A stretch of 64,000 nucleotides of DNA, from NCBI RefSeq assembly GCF_964355755.1, contig NC_092675.1, positions 9,047,812 to 9,111,811 of the forward strand, read 5' to 3'. Below are positions 54,501 through 64,000 of this stretch, one piece after another. Position 1 is the first letter of the stretch. Each line of letters begins with the position of its first letter. This stretch comes from Antedon mediterranea (lineage: Eukaryota; Animalia; Echinodermata). A model generated the notes under the pieces. That model saw only the letters and a list, made by a program, of their open reading frames with translations. It was not told the origin of the DNA and did not search any database. Position numbers and translations under genes: made by a program.

Positions 54501-57500
54501 TAGTCTAGTTGGCCCGAAAATGACATATGTATCACAAATTGATCATACTTTTTCTTTAACATTAATAAAAACAATAATTATCTATATTTATTGAAAATAC
54601 AGAAGTGTGTAATTTTTATTTAAACAAAGATCATAATAATATATTTTCAACATTATTTATGATTTGCCATATACTTTAAATGACCGGGGTAATAATATGT
54701 ACAGCTCTTTGAGGTTTCATAACATTAGGCGCTTTATAAATCCAGGATATTATTATTGTTGTTGCCGTTGCCATCGCCACCGCTGCTGCTTCTTGTATCA
54801 CTGTTATTGATTGCATGTCTTAAGAGAAACAAATTAAATTGATTTAATTAAACTTATACAATAACAACTCAAGCTTGTTTTATATTTAGTGGTGAACTTA
54901 TAAAACTTGATGACATTCTACCAAGGCTACGAAATTTTAGTGAAGATGTTAAATTAGAGAAAACAAAGAGACTAACTGTAATTGATGCTACCGAACAGGT
55001 AAGCATTGTAATGTTTGTTTTCTTCTTTTTTTCAGTTTTACATTTATTTTTTTTAATTGTTGAATTTGTTTATTTCCAGTGTATTGATCTTAGCTTGGAA
55101 GACATTGAACTATTTCTTCTTTATCGAACTCAATCTATTGTCTCGGAGATATGTCATGTAAATGTAAGTTCTATACCAAAGGTGTTTTTTATTTCAAAAC
55201 CAATGAAATCATATGTAAATGGATTTTGCTCAAAAGAAAACCTTTTGAATAGAAAACATCAAACAATGCAAGCTTTTTCATTTAGCACAAACTTAACTCT
55301 CAAAATACTAAGTTGAATAATTACTCAACAGAAAAACTATACTCAATGCGGCCAATGAGATCTAAATTTTAATGGCAGAAAAAACATTTTGTATGAAATT
55401 AATGGTGTTGCCCTGAATTGTCAAATTATTCTTGCTGTTACAGGTTACTTTAGATGATGTTCACAGTCCTGAGAAGCAATGCCATTTATTCCAATCGCTC
55501 CTCAAGAAATGCAGCAAGTTGAATCATCTTCAAAGTCTTGCTAATCTTTTGTATCAATGGCCACCAATTGAAGACCATCAACAACAGTAAGCAACCAATT
55601 AGATTTTTAGCTATTCATTTAAAGGACTTTTAAATTGTTTCTAGTAATAAAGATTAAATACATTTACAACATAGAATAATACAGAAACAATTGTACAAAA
55701 AACAGGTCTTAATTACATGGAATGCCAAAGGAAAGTTAAAAGCTTATTTCCTATAACAAGGACGTGAAAAAATGTAAAATTAAATAGCAAAAATTATAAA
55801 TGATGTAGTATAATTATATTTCAATGTGTGGATTTTATAAAAGACACTGAAATAACTAAACAAGCTTGACACAATATAATATATGTACAGTACTGTGAAC
55901 TCATTTGGTCCCGAAATTAGGAAATTCTCCAAAAACAAGACTTTTTCTTTTGTCAGATCTTGAATTCTTTCTTGCCTTTCAAAATTCATTCAAAAAATTT
56001 TAAAAACACAATGACAACATCATCATTAAGTTTGTGCTTACAATGGTGCCTTATGTCAACACGGAACTGCATTAACATAAGCGCTACAAGCAACTCAACA
56101 CAACAAACCACAACTCTAGGACTTTCAAGAAATAAATGCAATTGATGGTGCACATTAGCAGGGTTCTTTTCAGTTTAGTTCAGTCGCACGAAAGTCACCT
56201 TTAGGATTCTTACGCAACTAGTTATGGTTTGTTGAGATGAGTTGCTTGCAGCTCCAGGTCCACATAAACCTCCTTACTGTAACATGCTTGTATGTGAACC
56301 ATGTTTATGTATGTACTGACACGTTTATGACATATTTATTGTATAGAGAAGAACTTTGGCTAAGTTTACTGTCTAACATGATAAAGCATGCTGAGGGATC
56401 ACATGACATTCAGGAGCTAATCAACATCTTTAGGAAACTACAAAGTATCAACCCATCTCAACAAAATGTAAGATTTGTTGATTGATGCCATTTTAGCTAG
56501 GAATTAACAAGTTAACATGAGGTATACTGAATCAGTGTAGTTTTAACTATGTGCATACATTGGTTTGTCTGGTTTAATGAACTGTGAGAGCAATTTCTAA
56601 ATATCCACTCCATATACAATTTGGTACAAATATAAATTGAACATAATTTAGCTGTTGCTGTTGCTACATAATGTGGGATGAGTAGACACCAAATACAAAT
56701 GTTTGCTATACAATGCATTTTGAATGGAAAACTGTATTAAAATAGTATATGTGAGTAAAATTATTAGATTGCTCATGTTTCCCTACTAATAATAGGGAGC
56801 TTTCATACAAGCACATAAACGTTAACTTTAACGCTATATCCCAACTTGCAATGCCGCTTTATAAACAAATCGATCTGTGCGTGTGCGAAAAACGTTAACC
56901 ACATGGTAAATTTAAAGTCCTGTTTTTATTTAAGCCCCACACAATAAGAATTGTTCATCGCAATATGCTATTTATCACCCAATACGCCAGTTTAAACATG
57001 CCTAGGCCTCCTAGTATCTAGGCCCAACCAACCCATTCTATGATTTGTTTTGAAAAAAGCGGCGTATGTTGCGTGCGCGACATGCACTATGCTGCAATTC
57101 TCATCGAAGCAAAATCTAAACGAACAAATATGTTAACGCAACTATTCGCTGAACTATGCTAATTTAAAAAAAAAATTAAAAAAACTATATTAATTTTCCT
57201 ATTCCAATGTAGTTTGTAGAGAAAATCTATCAAGAGCTTAAGGAGCAGAAATTTAACTTAGCGTGTCTAAAGGTGGCACTCTTGACAGGTCATGAATCTG
57301 TCCATCAAAATGCTTTTCAATTCATGAGCAGGATAGAGGAGGTAAGTTAAAACAAGTCTTTCAATTCAAGGACACTTAGTGAAATCTTTTCAAATTTCAG
57401 TATTTATATTAAGAATTTATATTTCCTAACAATCAATGTTGTCCATATGTTCTAATATTAATTACTATTTTATATTTGATTACTATATTGATTGCTTTTT

Positions 57501-57960
57501 TTCACTCATGTTGAGCATTTATATAGCCGGGTTTAAAGTTTCTGTCTTCCATTCATAAATAAACTTTATTCAATTAAGTTTTGTAATTAACAGATATAAA
57601 TTTACAAAATTTTAGTTTGAAATTGATTCTGTTTGTTTGATTTCTAACATTTTGTTTGCTTTCTGCTGTTTTTAGATAACAGATGACTTATATGACACGG
57701 AGTTACTAGATCTTCTAGTTAGCTGCAACAAAGTTGATTTGTTTGTAAACACTAAATACTACCCTGTATTAGTTGAACATATCACTGAAAATAACAGAGA
57801 AGCTATTCCAGTCCTAAGCAAACAGTTATACAAAGCAGGCTACAAAGGGGAGGCCGGAACGTTGTACATGTCTTACAAAGGCTCCAATAGTATGCTGTGG
57901 ACACTCAATACTGCACTAGCAACTGTCTCTAACTTCATGACAAAATATGCAGATAGTTAA
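21539..57960 (+). CDS. NBAS: NBAS (neuroblastoma-amplified sequence; NRZ tethering complex subunit and NMD factor), multi-exon, roughly 50 exons
   Basis: Phase-consistent GT-AG exons: 21539-21631 (MDEAEDESTILYDLFVLADWPQEPE), 28093-28141, 28318-28354, 28728-28811, 29486-29577, 30640-30773 (VPKDTYPQFRKLAWSADS), 31140-31219, 31624-31680 (WSTELLAINYQG), 32108-32349; later exons YFVTESERFQPPRKKP, IENEEYGEAL, LFTYHGSDLLPHRLLIL, AAREYFNSSANLMDPSMDLAR, TLEDEVYNIALSLAHRY; last exon 57676-57960 (KAGYKGEAGTL). All resemble human NBAS as I recall it. Not every internal exon was phase-checked. Confidence 0.96.
22156..22925. mobile_element. Foldback/MITE-like element with about 150-bp inverted arms in NBAS intron 1
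   Basis: 22161-22310 (TGGCTAAAGATACGGTAC...TTCATATCGCG) is the near reverse complement of 22778-22924. Confidence 0.8.
23301..24799 (-). mobile_element. Helentron/HINE (DINE-like) non-autonomous element
   Basis: On -: T-rich start, 5' inverted repeat AGGAGTTATCCGC..GCGGATAACTCCT (24759-24789), matching 3' sub-TIR GCGGAAAACT, hairpin TAACTCGTCA..TGACGAGTTA (23310-23332), terminal CTAG. Confidence 0.7.
24800..27160 (+). mobile_element. Rex1/L2-like LINE 3' fragment split by a Helitron
   Basis: KTKEMIIDFRK, KYLGTVIEDKLNW, then after the insertion LYFLRRLKK..LFYESVILSILTF..WF and HPL..TERLRRSFLPSAMR; ends in AATAAA plus (TTGAA)n. Confidence 0.88.
24983..26539 (-). mobile_element. Complete non-autonomous Helitron
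   Basis: On -: begins TCTATATAT, ends with a GC-rich hairpin and CTAG, inserted between A and T with no TSD; contains an internal tandem duplication of about 261 bp (25567-26080). Confidence 0.88.
31245..31366. mobile_element. PIF/Harbinger-type MITE
   Basis: TIR AGCTCTGTCTACAC / GTGTAGACAGAGCT with TTA target duplication on both sides. Confidence 0.8.
31740..31930 (+). mobile_element. Truncated HINE/DINE-like element
   Basis: TTATTACCTCCGCCAGGGAGGTTAT 5' end followed by a GTTT/GTCC microsatellite; no 3' end found. Confidence 0.6.
32361..32893 (+). mobile_element. HINE/DINE-like Helentron derivative
   Basis: 5' TTATTACCTCCGCCAAGGAGGT, GTTT/GTCT microsatellite, 3' sub-TIR GGTGGAGGT, hairpin GTACTCTCAGAGTAC, terminal CTAG followed by TT. 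Confidence 0.82.
40234..40790 (+). repeat. 61-62-bp tandem repeat, 9 copies, spanning an NBAS exon end and its splice donor
   Basis: Unit AAATCAACTAACAAAAGAGTACCTGATAGACATGGCCAAA|GTTAGTTTCTGCCAATCACTT; the first copy is the coding end (NQLTKEYLIDIAK) of exon 40148-40273. Confidence 0.96.
43504..43993. mobile_element. MITE with about 45-bp TIRs, flanked by AT
   Basis: AGGGAGGTTTCGCAACCTTACGAATACGATAACGAAAACGGATAC and its reverse complement (one mismatch). Confidence 0.88.
44476..45747 (+). mobile_element. Internally deleted pogo/Tigger (Tc1/mariner) element
   Basis: TA-CAGTCAACTCTCCCAATACCGGAC ... GTCCGGTATTGGGAGAGTTGACTG-TA; residual MAKRKRNEL transposase-like start at 45123. Confidence 0.88.
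45937..46433. repeat. Intronic minisatellite of 14-bp and 17-bp variants
   Basis: ATGTCAATATATGT interspersed with ATAATGTCAATATATGT. Confidence 0.97.
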
Positions 57961-58371
57961 TTAGTCTAATACTTAATTTATATTAATTTACAATTATAAA
58001 TATTAAATTGTACAATTTTTAAATATTAGAATATAAAGGAAAAACTTAAATTTCTTATTATTCTGTGAAAGGATTATGTAGGCCATAGGTAAATTTTAGA
58101 AAATTTAAAATGACAAATTGTTCAATACTTGATTAATTAATATATATATATATTAATGTTCTTTGCCTCTTGTGTTTATATATATATATATATAAACACA
58201 TATAAAAGTATCAGAGATCCCGCTTCATGAATAAAATACTAAAAGATGAGAGCATATCAATTTGATCACTGATGCGCGTACATACAATTGAGAAACTAGT
58301 GCTGTTCCGCCGTACCACAGCTGGAGTGTTAAAGAGTCGCTATCCAATTTGGTTCGAACAATACCATGAAA

Positions 58372-58444
58372 GCTCCAGTGGTCTAATGGTTAGGACATCT
58401 GCATATCAAGCAGAAGGTTCCGGGTTCGAATCTCGGTTGGGGTG
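58372..58444 (+). pseudogene. tRNA-like sequence (anticodon ATC), probably a tRNA pseudogene or SINE head
   Basis: Cloverleaf: GCTCCAG/TTGGGGT acceptor with several G-U pairs, A box TGGTCTAATGG, anticodon arm TCTGC-ATATCAA-GCAGA, B box GGTTCGAATC, T-run terminator just downstream. Confidence 0.7.
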
Positions 58445-59882
58445 ACTTTTTTTCATTCTCACAGATTTCTTTATCGTTCAAATTAATTTATTAATTTTCA
58501 CTATATTACCGGGCGGTTTAGAATTTATTCTGTGTCTGTGATGTTTATATATATACATAAAACATTAATTCTAAACCGCCCTGTGATATACTGAAATTTA
58601 ATTAATTAATTTGAAACGATAGGTATATATATATATATATATTTCTTATAATGTTGTTAAATAAATTAGCTAAATCCTAATAATTTATTGTTTTTAAACA
58701 CAATATGTGCAAAATGTAACATTCATCGACAATCAAAAAAACAAGTATAGAAACAGTAGTCATAATCGCTGCATGAAACATATCTCATTAAAAAAAGTTG
58801 GTTTTTGCTTTCGGATTGGATAGACATATTGATTAAATGGTAGGGTGTAATTCACCTTATGTTGATTTTTTCTTAGAGACGAGGTGGTGACATTGAGTTC
58901 ATCTCATTTCCAGTGTGCAATTCTTTGTAAAAGAGATTCAACTTTGCATTAGACGACACGCACTGTATTAAACACACCTTTTACGATTGTTATTTTCAAA
59001 TATAAAAAACATCTTGTGGATATAATTGGTGATCTTCAAGAAATTACTTTCACTAAAAAACATAATGAGGTTTTCTCAAAATAATGTAATCATTCTATAT
59101 ACTGATGTTTTTGGGGCTCAATTCGTGCCTGTAGATGAAGAATAATTAGTGTGCTTATTCAACAATAACGTGTAATATTAGTATTAGTAATTCTTAGTAT
59201 TAAGGCAATGTGGTTAGATTGCTACTTGCTAGTACTGTACAACATTTAATAACTAAAAATCGTTTACAACAATACATTACATTATATTTGTTTCAAACAA
59301 GCAAGGTTACATAAAAGCAAAAATACATATTCACATATTGCATTTAGTAGGAAAGAGGAAATCAAGATATTATTAATTATTTTCCCTCGATTATAGGCCT
59401 AATTATCTTATTTCGTTCATCACAAGGCTATTATTTAGAACAATATTACATTTTAGTGTAGGCCTAACATGTTTTTAAAACCTTACATTATCTAGAGTTT
59501 CAAGAAAAATCGTCTACTGGTTTGTCTTTTAAAATTAACTTGAGTAAATGTAAAATATTTCTGCAGATTTGATGATGGCAATAACGGCTACTTTTATTTA
59601 GATCAATTCAACTTTCAAAATATAATTATCTAAGAAAGAAAATTGGCAATACAGTTATTACTGTTGTATAGTATAATCATTTTAATCATAGATATTGTTC
59701 ACAATATCTCTATGGTTTAATTTATTTTAATTAATGAATTGCAATTTGGTACATAATTTGCATTTAATGCGTGGAACATTCCGCGCGCAATTAAATGTTC
59801 GTTTAATCCATATTGCGCGCGCGTATTTTAAAGTGAAGAAAACTTCAGTTGGCGATTAATTAGGCAGCCAAATGTATTAGCA

Positions 59883-60560
59883 ATGTATGCTCAGAATAGG
59901 TTATATAGGCCTGTTCCATATCAAACGTTAGCCCGTGAGAATCGGAATCCTTACTACAACTATTCTCCGTGCACTCAATACATTGAGAATGTTATTGGAG
60001 GACAATTAAAAAATGCTGCGACAAACAAGCAGCGTACTCAGCAGCAGCAGCAACAGCAACATCATATTTGTGACGGTGATGGGGATATAGAGAGATGTTT
60101 TATCCCGCCAGAAAATAAATATATGCATTTACCTGACGTCAGCAATATCCCGATAAAATCATCATCTTTTTGTTTTCTACCAAACGGCAACTTGGACATT
60201 ATAGCAACTGCTTTTAGAATCGCAGTGCTTGATGATGTTGATTCATACGGTTCAAAAATCGCACCAGAATGTGTTTTCCGACAACATATTGACACGGAGT
60301 TGATCAAAAACATTCCTAACATTGAAACACGAAGAAACTACCAAGAAAAGCAGGTTAAAATGACAACATGGAATAATTTTCATCCAAGACAACATCATCA
60401 TCATCTTGATCCACAGTCCTATTTCTATTCTGATTCGTTGAGAGTCCCTGCTCAAATTTCGCAACACTCAAACTGTAGAGAAGTTCAGGATATGAGTAAT
60501 TGGTTTGAGACGCAGAACTTCACATGCCACAATGTCAACTTTGGACATTTCAATCATTAG
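59883..60560 (+). CDS. Uncharacterised 225-aa ORF with poly-Q and poly-H tracts
   Basis: Long ATG-initiated open frame in AT-rich DNA with higher GC than its flanks and triplet-phased CAG/CAT repeats; no domain recognised. Confidence 0.55.
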   Translation: MYAQNRLYRPVPYQTLARENRNPYYNYSPCTQYIENVIGGQLKNAATNKQRTQQQQQQQHHICDGDGDIERCFIPPENKYMHLPDVSNIPIKSSSFCFLPNGNLDIIATAFRIAVLDDVDSYGSKIAPECVFRQHIDTELIKNIPNIETRRNYQEKQVKMTTWNNFHPRQHHHHLDPQSYFYSDSLRVPAQISQHSNCREVQDMSNWFETQNFTCHNVNFGHFNH

Positions 60561-61492
60561 ATTGGTGGTGTTTAAAATGTGACTAGGCCTAGGGGCATAG
60601 GCATATTTTAGTCTAGCCTAGTAGTAGATAGGCCTAGTCTATGCCTATGTAATTTTTGATAATCATATCAGCCAATAATACCATTACATGCATATCAAGC
60701 ACTTTGTTTAATATTAGGGAGGTATGCTGTGTCGCTTTTTGGACACGCAACCAGAGAACCGGTTCTTAGATTGCCTCATGGAGTTAAGTAGGCCTATCTA
60801 CCAAAATTGGTTTAATTTTACTTTCATATTTAAAGTATGATAAAATTACTGTAATTCATCAAAATACATATAATATAGTCTCGCATACATTAAAAGTAGT
60901 TATGCTTGGATTATTTTTGACTGTTAATTTACTATAAATATTACAAAAAGTCCACATCTTCAGGACTAAATAAAGTTATAATATTAATTTTTATTTGTGA
61001 GATTTGCTGTACTGTAACTTTATACATCTATGTACGCAGAAATTTAAGTACCTTGACATTTCAGGCAACAAAATATTGCCAGTTTCATGTTTAACGACGA
61101 ATCATTGTCCAAATGTTAATGGCAGTAATGATTATACCTGTAATCATTGTTACAATCAGAGCTACGGTAAAGTAAATCACACAAATTATTATGTACCGAA
61201 TCACGTGGTGGTTTATGCTAATTACAGTTTTCATTTGGAAAGCTTGTGCGAGATGTTCACTGCTCACGTGATAATGCATCGAAGAATAAAGTGGTGATTT
61301 AGTCATGAAAAAAACAATCCGCCAGCCGGTGCAGTTAATGTCATTCAACGTTTATATTAAACTATACGGCAGATCGATACGAGATCACCATATGCATTGA
61401 AAAGATGTACTTTCTTTAAAATAATTTATACTGAGTACGACGGTCTATAATAGCGTTTGTGTTTTTACCACTGTAGATAATATACTGAAATA

Positions 61493-62722
61493 ATGGAAAA
61501 AGCAAATACAAAGGATGTGAACATTACGGATTCTATTCGAAAATATTCAACTTCGTCAGAAGGTGCTGTTGAGCCTGTGTCAGGGACAAGGAGGTTACAA
61601 GATCTACAATGTCAACTAAACCTAATTCCACACGGGCGAAGCTTAGATTCCGTCAAATATGACAATGTAATGAGGACTGATGATACTACTGATTCTCAAT
61701 GTTCTGAGCCCGTTGACGGAATCATTGCAAAGAAACGAAAGCGACGCCTGGTTCGGAATCACGTGGTTGGAGTTGTCAAAGACCTATCGAATGTTCTGTA
61801 TGATATAAACTCAGTGACATCAGAACTTAGAGGAGTTTTGAATCAGATAGAACGAGTGACTTCACATATTGAACATTCTGCTATGACGTCAAAGGCAGCA
61901 TCTGAGAAAGATATATCGTTATTAAACTCACCGATATTAGTGGAGACGAGTAGGCCTACATTTCCGCCACGCTCATCGTCATGGTATGGTATACCATCTT
62001 CCTATTCAGTAGATGAACGTCCGAAGAAAACAACACTGTTGACAAAATCAGACCTGTTGCAAAAAATAAAGGTTTCAGAAGATCAAATAAGAAGTAAGAG
62101 TGCAATTAGTGAAACCTCGTCAGTAGTAGAATGTCACCAAACATGCAGGCGATCGTTTTCAGCCGATTGGTGTAACAGAGTGGAGACAGAATTACAAAAT
62201 GGTAAATGTATTTCAGATAGAAGTCAAACCATGAAATACCAAGAAGGCACTCACCAACGATGGCTTAACAGATCAACTGATTTTAATTGTTCTTATAAAA
62301 GTGCTCTTAATAATAAGAGTGGAGTAGGTCTACAGCCTTTTAAGAATGTTACTCGCGTTCCACATGCAGAAACCCATTTGGAAAGTACAGACAAAGGAAA
62401 GAAAATATATGTTCAAGAACGTTTAAAAAAATACAGTAATTCAAACATTTTGGAAAAAATATGCCAACAATCAAAATATTGTCAACAAGACCAACTTAAA
62501 AGTAAGCAAGAAACATCTGCGAGGAACTCGATGTCATCGCGATATCGACATGCCAGTTGTTCGAGATCAAAGTCAATGCCGACAAGTTTAAGTAAATGTA
62601 TCTTAAAAAAGAAAAACGATGACGTTGAAGGTGCCGATTTTTGTGCCGATTATGACCGTGAAATAAATACCTGGACGACATTTGCAATGGTACATATAGA
62701 CAGAGAAGACCAGAAGTTTTAA
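61493..62722 (+). CDS. 409-aa mostly low-complexity protein with a Largen/INSYN1 (DUF4589)-like coiled-coil segment
   Basis: 1.2-kb open frame; KKRKRR basic stretch followed by VRNHVVGVVKDLSNVLYDINSVTSELRGVLNQIERVTSHIE; plausible splice acceptor (TTTTTACCACTGTAG) ending 61477 just upstream of the ATG. Confidence 0.75.
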   Translation: MEKANTKDVNITDSIRKYSTSSEGAVEPVSGTRRLQDLQCQLNLIPHGRSLDSVKYDNVMRTDDTTDSQCSEPVDGIIAKKRKRRLVRNHVVGVVKDLSNVLYDINSVTSELRGVLNQIERVTSHIEHSAMTSKAASEKDISLLNSPILVETSRPTFPPRSSSWYGIPSSYSVDERPKKTTLLTKSDLLQKIKVSEDQIRSKSAISETSSVVECHQTCRRSFSADWCNRVETELQNGKCISDRSQTMKYQEGTHQRWLNRSTDFNCSYKSALNNKSGVGLQPFKNVTRVPHAETHLESTDKGKKIYVQERLKKYSNSNILEKICQQSKYCQQDQLKSKQETSARNSMSSRYRHASCSRSKSMPTSLSKCILKKKNDDVEGADFCADYDREINTWTTFAMVHIDREDQKF

Positions 62723-64000
62723 TGGCCAAGCACTTTGGAAAAAACTATGGAATTTAATTATAGGTGCTCAAAAAAAATCGAAATGGAAGGAGAAGTAGTC
62801 GTAAACATAATGTAATTAACAATATAGATACAGTAGATAATACAACAGCACAATAGATATAGATATCCTAGATCAGGATTCAACTCTGGACCTTAGCATT
62901 GGAAGGCAAGCACTTATAACCACCAACAAGCTACAGATCCACTGTGTTTTCTTGAGTGGTTTGTCTCAGATAGTAATTAAAATGGTGGTTTGAAAAATTA
63001 CACATTTATAATGTTTGAATAGTGTTAACATTACGTAGCATGTACGGTGCTGATAGTCCCAGATTCCTAACTTACCATTATAATGTGAATCACTTGACAG
63101 TCTCTCTTTAAAATTAATATTTATGTCTACTTCCATTTAAATGATGTGCATTTCTAAATTCTTCATTAATTTATCGTCATTAATTTCTTTTATATGCTGT
63201 AAAATAACAAATCAATTTCTATAAAACCTTTAGCATATTGCCATTTCCACTACATCAACAGACATGAATATCGTTTGTTTTATAATCTAAACATTCTATG
63301 AATCTGCCGATTTTCAGAAAAAGCATACTAATACAGTGTATTATATTTCCTCTATTCTAAACCTAACTGGCGCTCCGGCGATTTGGATTTCATGCCATCT
63401 AATTAGGCTTTATGTAACTTGTTAGTGATATTAATTAATTTGTGGGGATAGCAATTCAGACCAACAAATATCAATAGACTGCAAAAAGAGTTAAATAACT
63501 GGACTAGAAGATGACAAATAAAAAAGCATATACGCACATTAACTTCTTTGAACCCAGAATAAATGTGACAGCGTTTTGTTTAATTCCGAAATGAATAAAA
63601 TTTAAAAAAATTAATTAATTAATTAATTTGCAATATATAAATTAACAAAACTAAACCAGGTTGTTTTGAAAATCAACCAGTGATTGCTTCTTTTAAATTT
63701 CTTTGTTCCGGGCCCGGGAATCATTTTTTGGCTATGGCTATATTATTATATTTATATTAGTTTCATTAAATATCAAAAGAATAATAAAAACGTTATTTTA
63801 TCCAAGCCGATTTCTACATTTTATCAAACTACTAATGATTGATTTTAATATTGCCATAGAAACGACCTCTCTCGGTCGTGCTTTAATTACTTTTGGCGTT
63901 TACATAATAGTGATAAAATCTCAAAAGAAAGTGATTTTGTTCAACTCTAAATCCTTGAGTATCCAATGAATTAGTTACAGTTCGCTAAATTTGTGTCATT

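Noticed and set aside
62860-62945. Reverse-strand tRNA-like remnant
   Set aside because: Too degenerate to fold a cloverleaf; at most an old SINE fragment.

Overview
AT-rich eukaryotic (invertebrate animal) genomic DNA, not prokaryotic; most ORFs in the supplied track are spurious or are single exons or transposon fragments. Main content: (1) 1-12 kb, a block of satellites and decayed transposons (188-bp satellite, Academ-like XPG-domain fragment split by an L1/Tx1 insertion, tandem Helitron pieces, two tail-to-tail LINEs); (2) an intact single-exon gene at 13052-15148 encoding N-terminal ankyrin repeats fused to a cGAS/Mab-21-type nucleotidyltransferase (cGLR) with all catalytic residues, followed by a deleted, L2-interrupted tandem duplicate (about 16410-18390); (3) a perfect 220-bp palindrome with two Penelope-type minimal hammerhead ribozyme motifs between (TA)n tracts; (4) a large multi-exon NBAS gene (21539-57960, +) with a hAT-like element just upstream of its ATG, transposon-filled introns and a 61-bp tandem repeat that multiplies one splice donor; (5) a tRNA-like sequence and two long uninterrupted ORFs near the end, one with a Largen/INSYN1 (DUF4589)-like coiled-coil motif. 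Family assignments come from motif recognition by eye; no database searches were run.
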